DNA from: a virus | Lineage: Duplodnaviria; Heunggongvirae; Uroviricota; Caudoviricetes | Strand: one strand, 5' to 3' | DNA length: 64,000 nt | Virus record (IMG/VR): IMGVR_UViG_2595698353_000001 | Coordinates: 14,564 to 78,563 of that record | Shown: in pieces, positions 1-8,482 of the stretch | Position numbering within the stretch: the stretch's first letter is position 1 | How the letters are laid out: each line of letters opens with the position of its first letter | Program-made: the position numbers and the translations under genes | The notes under the pieces: model-generated | Database searches by the model: none | What the model was told of the DNA's origin: nothing | The model's input: only the letters and a program-made list of their open reading frames with translations

Positions 1-2
1 CC

Positions 3-125
3 CACCGCATGGCCAACCACCACGCCGCCAACTACTGCGGCATCGAGGGGATCGGCCGGGACTTCGCCGCGATCACCCGCCTGATCCGCAACGGCAGCGC
101 CGAGATCGGGCTGGAGCTCCGATGA
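3..125 (+). CDS. 3' end of a hypothetical protein (truncated by window start)
   Basis: Open frame HRMANHHAANYCGIEG...GLELR*; its TGA overlaps the ATG at 122 (ATGA coupling). Confidence 0.55.
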   Translation, partial: HRMANHHAANYCGIEGIGRDFAAITRLIRNGSAEIGLELR

Positions 126-379
126 CGAACGACCAGACACCCGAGAGCCTGCGGGCGACGGCGGCGTGGTGGGACGAGCGCAACGGGCGCGGCACCCTGG
201 AGGCCCGCGAGCTGCGCAACGCGGCGGACGACCTTGAGGCCGAGCACTCCGGCGAGTCCAAGCAGCGCCTGGTGGCGATCCGCAGGGTGGCGCGTCAGGC
301 CATCGACGACTGCACGACCGACTGCCGCGAGCTGCGGACGTTCGAGACGATCCTGCGACTGACCGGAGGGGACGAATGA
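122..379 (+). CDS. hypothetical phage protein
   Basis: GGAG RBS, ATGA coupling at both ends, GC3-rich codons. Confidence 0.7.
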   Translation: MTNDQTPESLRATAAWWDERNGRGTLEARELRNAADDLEAEHSGESKQRLVAIRRVARQAIDDCTTDCRELRTFETILRLTGGDE

Positions 380-675
380 CGATCAGCCAGACCGAGGCGC
401 TCGCGACCGTCGAGCGCATGGCGCAGCAGCGCGCAATGACCGCCCACGCGATGGGGCACTCGGACACCGAGCGCCACTGGCTGGACGTGCTGGCCGTCGT
501 CGAGCGGGCGAAGGCGCGCGAGTGGCCGACGCTCAACGATGTGCCCGCTGGCGTCGACCGCGTGCGCGACCCCGAGGGCAACGTGTGGGTGTTGACCGGC
601 GGCGACGGATGCGGCCACTCGACGTGCGCTGCGGGCCTCCCCGTGGACGGCCCGTTCACCGAGGAGGAGCACTGA
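376..675 (+). CDS. hypothetical protein, paralog of 675..992
   Basis: MTISQTEAL...REWPTLNDVP...VWV; GGAGGG RBS; coupled. Confidence 0.75.
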   Translation: MTISQTEALATVERMAQQRAMTAHAMGHSDTERHWLDVLAVVERAKAREWPTLNDVPAGVDRVRDPEGNVWVLTGGDGCGHSTCAAGLPVDGPFTEEEH

Positions 676-992
676 TGATCAGCCAGACCGAGGCGCTCGA
701 GCGCATCAAGGAGCTCGCCACCGAGCACGCCGAGACCTTCCAGGAGATGGGCCACCTCAACGTGGTGGCCGACTGGCAGGCCGTGCTCGAGCTCATCGAC
801 GAGGCCGAGCCCCGCGAGTGGCCGTCGCTGCTCGACGTCCCCGAGGACGTCAAGCGGGTATTCGACAAGGACGACGACGTGTGGGTCCGCACGGCCACCT
901 CCTGGGAGATGGGCAGCGCCTGCGAGAACAACGAGGCGTGCCGCACGGGGCATCGGATCTTCGGCCCCTACACCCCGGAGAGGAAGCACTGA
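675..992 (+). CDS. hypothetical protein, paralog of 376..675
   Basis: ATG 675 overlaps upstream TGA; MISQTEAL...REWPSLLDVP...VWV. Confidence 0.75.
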   Translation: MISQTEALERIKELATEHAETFQEMGHLNVVADWQAVLELIDEAEPREWPSLLDVPEDVKRVFDKDDDVWVRTATSWEMGSACENNEACRTGHRIFGPYTPERKH

Positions 993-1495
993 TGGGCTAC
1001 GGCATCTACGAGCGCGGCGACACCGGCAAGACGGCCGGGTACTACGTCGAGGACGACTGCGACGTCGTCGGCTGCAAGACGGTGATCCGGCTGGGCCTCG
1101 ACGCGCTGTGCGGCACGCTGCGCATGGACGAGAGGGGCGCGGTGCTCGATGAGCGCGATCCGGGCTGCGGGAAGTACGTCTGCAGCAAGCACGAGGACCA
1201 GCACGACTGCGCGCGCCCGAAGTGCGCGACGTACTCGCCGGACGAGTCGCTGCAGTGCGGCCTCCTGAAGGGCCACGAGCCGCCGTGTGTGGATCGGGAC
1301 ACCGATGAGACGTTTACGTCGCTCTCCGTGGCGCGTGGGGGCGAGGAGCCGCCCACCCCGGTCGAGGTGATCGCCGAGTTCATCGCCAACGCGGCCAGCA
1401 TCACCATCGAGCAGGCCATGCCGCAGGCGCGCGAGCTCGACAACCGGCTCGACGAGTACGGCTACGGATTCTCCGGGAAGGGGCGCTGGCCGTGA
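992..1495 (+). CDS. Cys/His-rich hypothetical protein
   Basis: TGATG coupling at 992; several C-x(n)-C/H clusters. Confidence 0.7.
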   Translation: MGYGIYERGDTGKTAGYYVEDDCDVVGCKTVIRLGLDALCGTLRMDERGAVLDERDPGCGKYVCSKHEDQHDCARPKCATYSPDESLQCGLLKGHEPPCVDRDTDETFTSLSVARGGEEPPTPVEVIAEFIANAASITIEQAMPQARELDNRLDEYGYGFSGKGRWP

Positions 1496-1677
1496 GCGAC
1501 ACGACGAACACCTACGTGCAGGCGGCCGCCGCGCTGATCGAGTGCCACGACTGCTCGTGCCACATCGACCCGCCGTGCGAGCAGTGCGTCGAATGCAAGG
1601 AGTGCAACCCGTGCTGGACGTGCGACGAGGTCCACAACGGCCCTCGTGACGACGAGTGCCCCACGGAGGCGAAGTGA
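1492..1677 (+). CDS. small Cys-rich hypothetical protein
   Basis: GTGA coupling; CHDCSC, CEQCVECKEC, CWTC. Confidence 0.6.
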   Translation: MSDTTNTYVQAAAALIECHDCSCHIDPPCEQCVECKECNPCWTCDEVHNGPRDDECPTEAK

Positions 1678-1949
1678 TCGACCCGAACAGCCCCTTCCGG
1701 CGGCCGCTGGCCGGGATCACGCGCAGCGGCACGCTGCACATCGCCAACGGCCGGGAGGTCCGGCTCGACGGCACCATCGTGCTGCTCACGCAGTGCCGGA
1801 GCGACCTGCGCATGGACCCGGTCTCCGATGTGCAGTTCTACCCCGACAGGCCCCGCTGCAAGCGGTGCAATTGGTCCGGCAAGCCCAAGCTGAAGCTCGC
1901 CCCGCCGTCGCGCGCGGCGCGCCTGTCCGACCACGAGAAGTGGGCCTGA
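1674..1949 (+). CDS. hypothetical protein
   Basis: GTG 1674 after GGAGG, in frame with track ORF 1656..1949; CKRC. Confidence 0.6.
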   Translation: MIDPNSPFRRPLAGITRSGTLHIANGREVRLDGTIVLLTQCRSDLRMDPVSDVQFYPDRPRCKRCNWSGKPKLKLAPPSRAARLSDHEKWA

Positions 1950-2071
1950 TGCTCACGTGCAAGAGCTGCGGGCACGCCGACTACGCCCACGTGCAGTTCG
2001 TCGGCCGGTGCATCCACGGCGAGATGAAGCCGAAGGACGGCAAGGACTGCGACTGCAAGGGGATGGAGTGA
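1949..2071 (+). CDS. 40-aa Zn-binding microprotein, paralog of 2071..2226
   Basis: MLTCKSCGHADYAH...C...KDGKDCDC; TGATG coupling. Confidence 0.6.
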   Translation: MLTCKSCGHADYAHVQFVGRCIHGEMKPKDGKDCDCKGME

Positions 2072-2226
2072 TGGTCGCCAAGTGCCAGAACTGCGGGCAC
2101 TCCGAGGGTGTGCACCACGACTACCTCGGCCAGTGCCTGTACGGGGCGTTCGACCGTGCGCTGGGCGTGAAGGACGGCAAGATGTGCGACTGCCCGAGTC
2201 CGCAGCTACCTCTCAGTCTGCTATAG
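2071..2226 (+). CDS. 51-aa Zn-binding microprotein, paralog of 1949..2071
   Basis: MVAKCQNCGHSEGVH...C...KDGKMCDC; TGATG coupling after GGAG. Confidence 0.6.
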   Translation: MVAKCQNCGHSEGVHHDYLGQCLYGAFDRALGVKDGKMCDCPSPQLPLSLL

Positions 2227-2227
2227 T
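2219..2227 (+). promoter_or_regulatory. extended -10 sigma-A-like promoter (TGnTATAGT)
   Basis: TGCTATAGT ahead of an RBS and ATG 2264; identical 9-mer at 29264. Confidence 0.5.
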
Positions 2228-2263
2228 GGACATGTAGGCCACACCCAACGAGAGAGGGCACCG

Positions 2264-2503
2264 ATGCCTGAGTACGACGACATGAACGACCGCGAGCGCG
2301 CGGCCGCGACCCTCACCTTCATGAAGGCCGACATCGACCAGCTGCGCAGCCGCATCCGTGCGAGCCTGCCGCTCGTCGAGCCGGAGATGGGGTTCCAGCA
2401 GACCTTCGTCGGCTCCTCTCTGCGCGAGCAGATGATCGAGTCGCACCGCGTGCTGCGCAGCCTGTCCGCCGCGCTCGACGACTTCGTGAAGGAGACGTTC
2501 TGA
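2264..2503 (+). CDS. hypothetical protein
   Basis: GAGGG RBS, GC3-rich, coupled to next ORF. Confidence 0.7.
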   Translation: MPEYDDMNDRERAAATLTFMKADIDQLRSRIRASLPLVEPEMGFQQTFVGSSLREQMIESHRVLRSLSAALDDFVKETF

Positions 2504-3099
2504 TGAGCATCCACGACCCCGGCGCTGCGCCCCTGCCGACCGACGACCGCGACGAGCGTCCGGCAGCAGCGTCCGGCATCGACGGCGTCGTGGACGAGTA
2601 CGTGCAGCGCATCAACGCGGCCGCCCGCTACTCCGGCCCCCACGACCACGAGGACGTGCGCACCGTCGTGAAGGACATCGTGCGCAACTCCCGCCGCGAG
2701 GGGACGATCAAGCACCTGGACCGGATCAGCGAGGAGCTGAAGGCGCAGCCCGAGTTCCTGCGCCAGATGGCCGCCCAGTACGGCTCGCCCCTGCCGTTCG
2801 ACGGCCCGTACCGCACCGCGTGCAGCCCGCACCTGGAGATCGAGCCGGACCACCCGATCGAGGGCGCGGTCCTCGGCGTCGTGATGAACCCGGGTGAGGT
2901 GTTCACGTACGAGCGCACCGACGGCGACCTCGTCACGTACCGGTTCAGCACGCGCGCCACGCACAGCATCCACGTGCCGAAGCAGGACGACGACTACACC
3001 GATGCGACGCTGATTCGCGCGGTCGTGCTGACGGTGCGCAAGGGCACCGGTGCGCCGCGTGTCCTCCAGACCTGCCGCAAGATCGTTTGGGCCGTCTGA
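2503..3099 (+). CDS. hypothetical protein
   Basis: 198-aa ORF coupled at both ends. Confidence 0.75.
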   Translation: MSIHDPGAAPLPTDDRDERPAAASGIDGVVDEYVQRINAAARYSGPHDHEDVRTVVKDIVRNSRREGTIKHLDRISEELKAQPEFLRQMAAQYGSPLPFDGPYRTACSPHLEIEPDHPIEGAVLGVVMNPGEVFTYERTDGDLVTYRFSTRATHSIHVPKQDDDYTDATLIRAVVLTVRKGTGAPRVLQTCRKIVWAV

Positions 3100-3308
3100 T
3101 GGCCGACGAGCGCTACACCCGCTTCCATCTGCCCGCCAGTGGCGAGCAGGTGCTCACCACCGTCTGCAAGGACTGCGGGGCGTGGGCCGTGGACACCAAG
3201 ACGCACGACGAGTTCCACGAGGAGCTAGACAGGCAGCGGCAGCTGAACACCAGGCTCTTCCTGTGGCTGGACCAGGTGAGCGCACGACAGGGAGGGGCAG
3301 GGTACTGA
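3099..3308 (+). CDS. hypothetical protein with CxxC
   Basis: TGATG coupling; VCKDCGA. Confidence 0.65.
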   Translation: MADERYTRFHLPASGEQVLTTVCKDCGAWAVDTKTHDEFHEELDRQRQLNTRLFLWLDQVSARQGGAGY

Positions 3309-3700
3309 TGACTGACCGGCAGAAGGCCCTCGAGGCCGTCACGCAGGTGCTCGGCGACCACGAGCTGCTCAGCTGCACCCGGGTGTGGGAGGCGTGGCGG
3401 TACGGCACCATGCGCGAGGACGACTTCGTGCACGCCGAGGACGACACCGACATCGCCGAGAGCATCCTCGGGGACCTGGAGGGCCTGGGCTTCGTGTTCG
3501 TCGGCCCGCAGGTCCTCCGGGGCACCGAGACGCAGTACGGCGTCGAGTACAGCGACCCCGTGGACGGCCGTCAGGTCGGCGTCACGCTCGGGGAGCTCTC
3601 GGCGAAGAACATGGCCCGCCAGCTTGCCCCGAGCCGTGGCGCAGTCGTGGAGCGCACCATCATCACCGGCCCGTGGCGGCCGACGGAGGGGGAGCAGTGA
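3308..3700 (+). CDS. hypothetical protein
   Basis: TGATG coupling at 3308. Confidence 0.7.
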   Translation: MTDRQKALEAVTQVLGDHELLSCTRVWEAWRYGTMREDDFVHAEDDTDIAESILGDLEGLGFVFVGPQVLRGTETQYGVEYSDPVDGRQVGVTLGELSAKNMARQLAPSRGAVVERTIITGPWRPTEGEQ

Positions 3701-4113
3701 CGATCAACCAGCGCTACCACCGCCGGAGCCTGACTGTCGGCAGCACTCAGGTCATCGGTGCCGCCGCGTGCATCGACTGCGGTGCGCTCGTCTTCGTCAG
3801 CGACCAGCTCGTGCACAACGCATTCCACGATCGGGTCGAGGGGCGCAAGCCGAGCCTGCCTCAGGAGATCGAGTGGGGAGAGACGAAGACCCGCTACGAA
3901 AAGTGGACGCACCTGGTGGCGAGATATGGGCCGTACGAGGCCAGCGTCACCGACATGCGCGGCGGCCCGTGGTTTGACCGGATCGAGGTCGGCTTCGGCG
4001 TCCCCGGCAACCACGAGGTCGAGGTCTGGGAGGGAACGATCGACGAGGCAAAGGCGCACCTCGAGAAGATGCTGCGCGACGCGAACTACCAGAGGGTGAG
4101 GGCCAATGGCTGA
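3697..4113 (+). CDS. hypothetical protein with CxxC
   Basis: GTGA coupling after GGAG; ACIDCGA. Confidence 0.7.
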   Translation: MTINQRYHRRSLTVGSTQVIGAAACIDCGALVFVSDQLVHNAFHDRVEGRKPSLPQEIEWGETKTRYEKWTHLVARYGPYEASVTDMRGGPWFDRIEVGFGVPGNHEVEVWEGTIDEAKAHLEKMLRDANYQRVRANG

Positions 4114-4504
4114 CCGCTATATCGACATCGTGTTCGACGGCCCGCCCACCCACGAGTCCGGCCGCTTCATCGAGGTGGAGGACGAGACCGGGGCCAGCAT
4201 CTCGTTCGGCGAGTGGGTCGACCGGGGCGACGGCACCTGGGCGCTGCGCATCGCTGGCTCCGAGGCCGAGCGCGGCGTCGAGGACGACGAGCCGGAGCGC
4301 CCCGGCGACGACTACTACCACGCCGAGCGCGACGGCGTGGGCAACATCCGCCTGAACCGTGGGCGCGGCATGCTCGTCGCCCACGCCAATCACACGCGAG
4401 CCGACGTGCAGGGCTGGTTCGACCGGTCGAAGATCGGGCAGTACCGCGAGCAGTACCGCGCCGCCCTGGCCCTGTTCGACCGCGAGGCGAAGAGGGAGAG
4501 CTGA
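4106..4504 (+). CDS. hypothetical protein
   Basis: GAGG RBS; 8-nt overlap with upstream ORF. Confidence 0.7.
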   Translation: MADRYIDIVFDGPPTHESGRFIEVEDETGASISFGEWVDRGDGTWALRIAGSEAERGVEDDEPERPGDDYYHAERDGVGNIRLNRGRGMLVAHANHTRADVQGWFDRSKIGQYREQYRAALALFDREAKRES

Positions 4505-4830
4505 TGGCCAAGGAGATCGACTGGCAGGCGAACGAACGCATCGGCGAGGTCGTGTGGTCGGAGCTCCGCGTCGAGGGCCTCGGCGACTACATGACGTACG
4601 CCGGGCGGCTGGGCATGTGGGGCGCTGTCATCTTCGAGTACCCCGCCAGCGGGAAGCTCTTGGTGACGGTCGGCCCGCTGGACGGCGCTGGTGAGCACTT
4701 CTGGTTCCAGAAGGATGCGCTCGACGACGCCAAGGTGTGGGCCGAGGTGCGGATGCGGCAGGCGCTGGCGCGCACCCACGCAAAGCTCGACGAGCTGTCC
4801 GCCCTCGAGCAGGAGATGGGGCTGTACTGA
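4504..4830 (+). CDS. hypothetical protein
   Basis: TGATG coupling after GGGAG. Confidence 0.7.
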   Translation: MAKEIDWQANERIGEVVWSELRVEGLGDYMTYAGRLGMWGAVIFEYPASGKLLVTVGPLDGAGEHFWFQKDALDDAKVWAEVRMRQALARTHAKLDELSALEQEMGLY

Positions 4831-5099
4831 TGGATCTGCACGGGCCTGTGATGAGTGAGCTCGAGAAGGCGCGGCAGCGGCACGCGTTCTGGAGCGGGCC
4901 GGACGCCATCGCGTACATCATGCTGATCGGCCTCGCCATGGCCGTGGTGCTCACGACGCTGGTGGTGCTCGACCTGCTGCACGCCTGGCAGCTGCTGGCG
5001 CTGATCGTGCTGTACAGCGTCGGCTGCGGCATGGCAGGATTCCTGCGAGAGACGTACTGGGACAACGAGGTTCGACGACTGGAGGCCGAAGATGCGTGA
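4830..5099 (+). CDS. small membrane protein (2 predicted TM), paralog of 5092..5436
   Basis: Two hydrophobic stretches then RETYWD. Confidence 0.7.
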   Translation: MDLHGPVMSELEKARQRHAFWSGPDAIAYIMLIGLAMAVVLTTLVVLDLLHAWQLLALIVLYSVGCGMAGFLRETYWDNEVRRLEAEDA

Positions 5100-5436
5100 G
5101 ATCCCCGACTTGGACGAGCTGACGGACGAGCGCTGGGAGCAGACCAAGACGCGCATCATGGCCGACCGCCTGCAGCGCCACATCGAAGCCCAGTCGGGCA
5201 AGCAGTTCTGGGTGTCCTACTCGTCGGTGGTCTACCTCGCCAACGTCCTGGCGTACGCCATGCTCGCCCTGGTGGTCGAGGTGCAGTACGAGCCCTCGCA
5301 GTGGCTGCTGGTGGCGATCGTGCTCGGCGGCAGCGTCTGGGGTGCCGTCTACTGCATCCGGCGGGAGCGGTACTGGGACAGACGCGTCGCCAAGACGCAC
5401 GAGGACTTGGAGTTCGCCAAGAAGCACCTCGGCTGA
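5092..5436 (+). CDS. small membrane protein (2 predicted TM)
   Basis: Two hydrophobic stretches then RERYWD; GGAGG RBS. Confidence 0.75.
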   Translation: MREIPDLDELTDERWEQTKTRIMADRLQRHIEAQSGKQFWVSYSSVVYLANVLAYAMLALVVEVQYEPSQWLLVAIVLGGSVWGAVYCIRRERYWDRRVAKTHEDLEFAKKHLG

Positions 5437-5444
5437 CGGCACGC

Positions 5445-5479
5445 GAGAGCCCCGATCCTTCACTGGGTCGGGGCTTTCT
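5445..5479 (+). terminator. intrinsic terminator
   Basis: AGCCCCGATCC/GGGTCGGGGCT stem followed by TTCT, directly after the stop. Confidence 0.75.
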
Positions 5480-5495
5480 GCTGTCTGCGCCCACC

Positions 5496-5525
5496 TTGCT
5501 CTCCCCTACAGCTGACCTGTAGGAT
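5496..5525 (+). promoter_or_regulatory. sigma-A-like promoter TTGCTC-N18-TAGGAT with inverted repeat in the spacer
   Basis: -35 at 5496, -10 at 5520; CCTACAG(5505-11)/CTGTAGG(5517-23); ATG 5533 at the expected +1. Confidence 0.55.
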
Positions 5526-5532
5526 GGACGGC

Positions 5533-5805
5533 ATGCACAGCGAACAGACGTACGACGGCATGAGCCCCGTCCAGGAGTTCAGCGACCGGGTCAGGAATAT
5601 GGTCCCGAAGCCGATGGTGGTGACGCACCACGCGACGGCGACCCTGACGGCGGAGGGCGCGTTCGTGGTGGTCGACCAGATCCTGGGCGAGGCGCTGGCC
5701 GAGATCGGACCCGAGCGCCGCAACGACGACCAGGGTGCGCTCCGCGCCTTCTACGAGATCGAGCGGCTGCGCGAGAAGATCGCCGAGCGGAGCAAGCAGC
5801 AATGA
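5533..5805 (+). CDS. hypothetical protein, probably leaderless
   Basis: No RBS; ATG 5533 lies 7 nt after the -10 box, in frame with track ORF 5524..5805. Confidence 0.65.
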   Translation: MHSEQTYDGMSPVQEFSDRVRNMVPKPMVVTHHATATLTAEGAFVVVDQILGEALAEIGPERRNDDQGALRAFYEIERLREKIAERSKQQ

Positions 5806-6167
5806 CGCAGCAGCACACCACGCGCCCCGTGTGGGTACTCAAGTGCGACGAGTGCGGGGCCGAGGCGCAGATGTCGTACGACCGGCCGGACCTGAAGCTG
5901 GCGCGCGCCACGGGCTGGCAGTGCTCGGACGGCTGCCCCGTGGTGGACCTGTGCCCGAAGTGCGTGCCGGAGAAGGTCGCCGCGAAGTACCCGACCGAGC
6001 TCTACCCCGGCTGCCCGTGCTACCGGTGCGACAGCCCCAGCTGGCCCACCATCACTTTCCGCGACGGGGAGGAGCACGCCGTCGGCCGCATGACCCTGTG
6101 CCCGATGTGCGGCAGCAAGCGCTGCCCCGGAGCCATGGACCACACCCAACACCCCAAGGAGAGCTGA
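5802..6167 (+). CDS. Cys-rich (multi-CxxC) hypothetical protein
   Basis: CDEC, CPKC, CYRC, CPMC; ATGA coupling. Confidence 0.7.
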   Translation: MTQQHTTRPVWVLKCDECGAEAQMSYDRPDLKLARATGWQCSDGCPVVDLCPKCVPEKVAAKYPTELYPGCPCYRCDSPSWPTITFRDGEEHAVGRMTLCPMCGSKRCPGAMDHTQHPKES

Positions 6168-6313
6168 TGGACGCCAACGCAGCACTGGATCGCATCGCCG
6201 AGCTCGTCGCCCTGGACGACGGCGTCTGCTGGGCCGACGCCTACAGCAAGCTCGAGAGCATCGCCAACCTGGTCATCGAGACCGGCCGCACCGTCGAAGG
6301 GTGGGGCGCGTGA
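6167..6313 (+). CDS. small hypothetical protein
   Basis: AAGGAG RBS, TGATG coupling. Confidence 0.6.
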   Translation: MDANAALDRIAELVALDDGVCWADAYSKLESIANLVIETGRTVEGWGA

Positions 6314-6513
6314 AGATCCGCAAGCGCTGGGTCGTCACCGAGGACGGCATCAAGGTGATGTCCCGGCACTGGACCCGCAAGGCGGCCGAGCGATCCTGCG
6401 ATCGGCACGGGCGGTACGACGTCATCGCGCTGCTGATCGTCGGCCGGATCACCCTGGGCGAGTGGTCGTTCTACCTGCCGCCGCACGTGTACACCGTCGA
6501 GGAGGACGTCTGA
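6310..6513 (+). CDS. hypothetical protein
   Basis: GTGA coupling. Confidence 0.6.
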   Translation: MKIRKRWVVTEDGIKVMSRHWTRKAAERSCDRHGRYDVIALLIVGRITLGEWSFYLPPHVYTVEEDV

Positions 6514-6770
6514 TGGCCAAGCGCAAGCGCGAGATCGACCCGGTCGACCACGGCTGGCCGCTGCAGTTCGGCCTCTTCGGCGGGGCATACTGCTGGGGCT
6601 TCGCCCTCTACGCGCTCATCCTCGGCATCTTTGCGGGCGATGACGACGACTTCTTCCTCACGTTCGCCCGGTGGTGCATGGGCATCGGCACCGTGCTGTG
6701 CGTGCTCGCGCTCATCTACGGAGCGTGGCTGCTGTGGGTCACCCGGCCCTGGAAGAAGGAGGACATCTGA
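6513..6770 (+). CDS. small membrane protein
   Basis: GGAGG RBS; two hydrophobic helices. Confidence 0.7.
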   Translation: MAKRKREIDPVDHGWPLQFGLFGGAYCWGFALYALILGIFAGDDDDFFLTFARWCMGIGTVLCVLALIYGAWLLWVTRPWKKEDI

Positions 6771-7060
6771 TGGAGGTAATCCACCCGGGCAAGCTGCTGG
6801 CCGAAGAGCTCGATACCCAAGGCATCACGCAGCACGCCCTCGCGAAGGCCATTGGCGTCCCGCCGCGCCGAATCAACGAGATCGTGAAGCGCAAGCGTCG
6901 CATCACGCCGGACACCGCGCTGCGACTGGGCCGGTACTTCGGCGTGAGCGCTGCGTTCTGGCTGAACATGCAGTCCCACCACGACATCGAGCGGCGGCGT
7001 GCGGAGATCTCCGACGACCTGCGGGACATCATGCCGATCGGGTGGGGGCCGTCGAAGTGA
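6770..7060 (+). CDS. higA: HigA-family (XRE HTH) addiction-module antitoxin
   Basis: IHPGKLL.EE...ITQ.ALA.AIGV...RINEIV...R.ITPDTALRLGRYFG.SA.FWLN.Q..HD matches the HigA signature throughout. Confidence 0.9.
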   Translation: MEVIHPGKLLAEELDTQGITQHALAKAIGVPPRRINEIVKRKRRITPDTALRLGRYFGVSAAFWLNMQSHHDIERRRAEISDDLRDIMPIGWGPSK

Positions 7061-7272
7061 GCGCCCTCGCCGAGGTGCTCGAGAAGCACGTGCCGACGGA
7101 GGCCAAGCTCATCGCGAACCAGTATTGGAGGCGGTACTGCAGGTGCGGGGCGATGTTCGGCTGGCTGCACCCCGGGCAAGGGCCGACGATGTGGGCCAAG
7201 CACGTGGAGGACGAGTACGAGAAGGCGCTGCTGGCGCGGCACCTGGACAAGCAGGGGAGCAACGATGGATAG
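7057..7272 (+). CDS. hypothetical protein
   Basis: GTGA coupling; CRCG...H motif. Confidence 0.65.
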   Translation: MSALAEVLEKHVPTEAKLIANQYWRRYCRCGAMFGWLHPGQGPTMWAKHVEDEYEKALLARHLDKQGSNDG

Positions 7273-7636
7273 CTACAGGGCGCAGCTGGCGCGAGACCCC
7301 CACGAGGCCAACAAGGTTCTGGGCTGGCTACTGGCCGAGTCCGAGTGGAAGCGCACCGGGGAGACGAAGGCCGAGGAGTCGGAGATCCCCCTCACGCCCA
7401 CCGAGGAGCTGCTGCTCGATGTGCTGATCGCCCGCCACCGTCTCGGTCACGACCTGTGGACCATCGGCAGCAACGCGGCCTCGCGGAAGGCCGCCGACTC
7501 GCTCGCCGACAAGGGACTCGTGATCACGCTGAACGGCATCGTCGAGAAGACGTTCCGCGCCCGCCTGACCGGCGAGGCGCGCCGCCGGTACATGGGTAGC
7601 GACTACACCCCGCCGATCCTGGGAGGGCCGAAGTGA
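7265..7636 (+). CDS. hypothetical protein (possible winged helix)
   Basis: GGGGAG RBS; AADSLADKGLV resembles a wHTH end. Confidence 0.65.
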   Translation: MDSYRAQLARDPHEANKVLGWLLAESEWKRTGETKAEESEIPLTPTEELLLDVLIARHRLGHDLWTIGSNAASRKAADSLADKGLVITLNGIVEKTFRARLTGEARRRYMGSDYTPPILGGPK

Positions 7637-7896
7637 GCATCCGTGCATCCGGCACGCACGGGCCTCCCCGCGTGAAGGTTCGCTACCGCCCGTCGCAGTA
7701 CCGCAGGCTCCTCCGGGACTTCCTGTATGGGGAGGACATCGCGGGCGAGTGGCTCTGGACCATCCCCGCCCCGAAGGGCCACCCGCTGCCGCCGTCGCTT
7801 CGCTCGCTGCGCGGGTACGCCTGGTCGGCGGGACGCGCTGCAGACGCGGGCCGCGCCCGGCTCCGCGAGGTGTACCAACCGGAAGGACCGAAGTGA
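7633..7896 (+). CDS. hypothetical protein
   Basis: GGGAGG RBS, GTGA coupling. Confidence 0.6.
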   Translation: MSIRASGTHGPPRVKVRYRPSQYRRLLRDFLYGEDIAGEWLWTIPAPKGHPLPPSLRSLRGYAWSAGRAADAGRARLREVYQPEGPK

Positions 7897-8132
7897 GTGG
7901 CGACGACCTGGCCGACAAGGCCGACCGCGACCGCTGGGAGTACCAGGACCGGCGGGACGAGGAGCTGGCCGCGCAGAGCCTGCGCGAGCTGCTGAAGTAC
8001 CACGTGCCCACCGGCTTCTGCTACTCGACGCGGACCAAGGTCGACTGCCGGTGCCACTGGCAGGGCGTCCACTTCGACGAGCACATCGTCGAGCTGATCG
8101 AGGCCAGCTTCACCCTGAAGATGGGGGACTGA
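7893..8132 (+). CDS. hypothetical protein
   Basis: GTGA coupling after AAGGA. Confidence 0.65.
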   Translation: MSGDDLADKADRDRWEYQDRRDEELAAQSLRELLKYHVPTGFCYSTRTKVDCRCHWQGVHFDEHIVELIEASFTLKMGD

Positions 8133-8443
8133 TGACCACCGTGCTGAAGCGCACGCAGCCGACGGCGCGCAAGGAGCACCGCTGCGAGACCTGCTTCTCG
8201 AAGATCCAGCCCGGCGTGCAGTACCACCGCGCGACCGTGCTGTACGACGGCCGCATCTACGAGTGGGTGAACTGCGGTCCCTGCGAGGACGTCTTCGATG
8301 CCGTGTGGGGCTGGTCCAACCAGTACGACGAGGGCATCGGGCCGGACGACTACGAGGAGTGGGCGTGCGAGTTCGAGAGCGACCCGGCGTGCGGGGAGCA
8401 GGCCCGGGCGTATCTGGCCCGCCGGTGGCCCGACCGCGCGTAG
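8132..8443 (+). CDS. Zn-ribbon hypothetical protein
   Basis: TARKEHRCETC...I.PG..Y...CGPC, a common phage Zn-finger pattern. Confidence 0.75.
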   Translation: MTTVLKRTQPTARKEHRCETCFSKIQPGVQYHRATVLYDGRIYEWVNCGPCEDVFDAVWGWSNQYDEGIGPDDYEEWACEFESDPACGEQARAYLARRWPDRA

Positions 8444-8482
8444 TGCTGTAGGGTAGATACAGACCAACGAAAGGAAAGACGC

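Noticed and set aside
4830-6770. Small membrane proteins as holins
   Set aside because: Located in early operons 35 kb from the lysin; no supporting evidence
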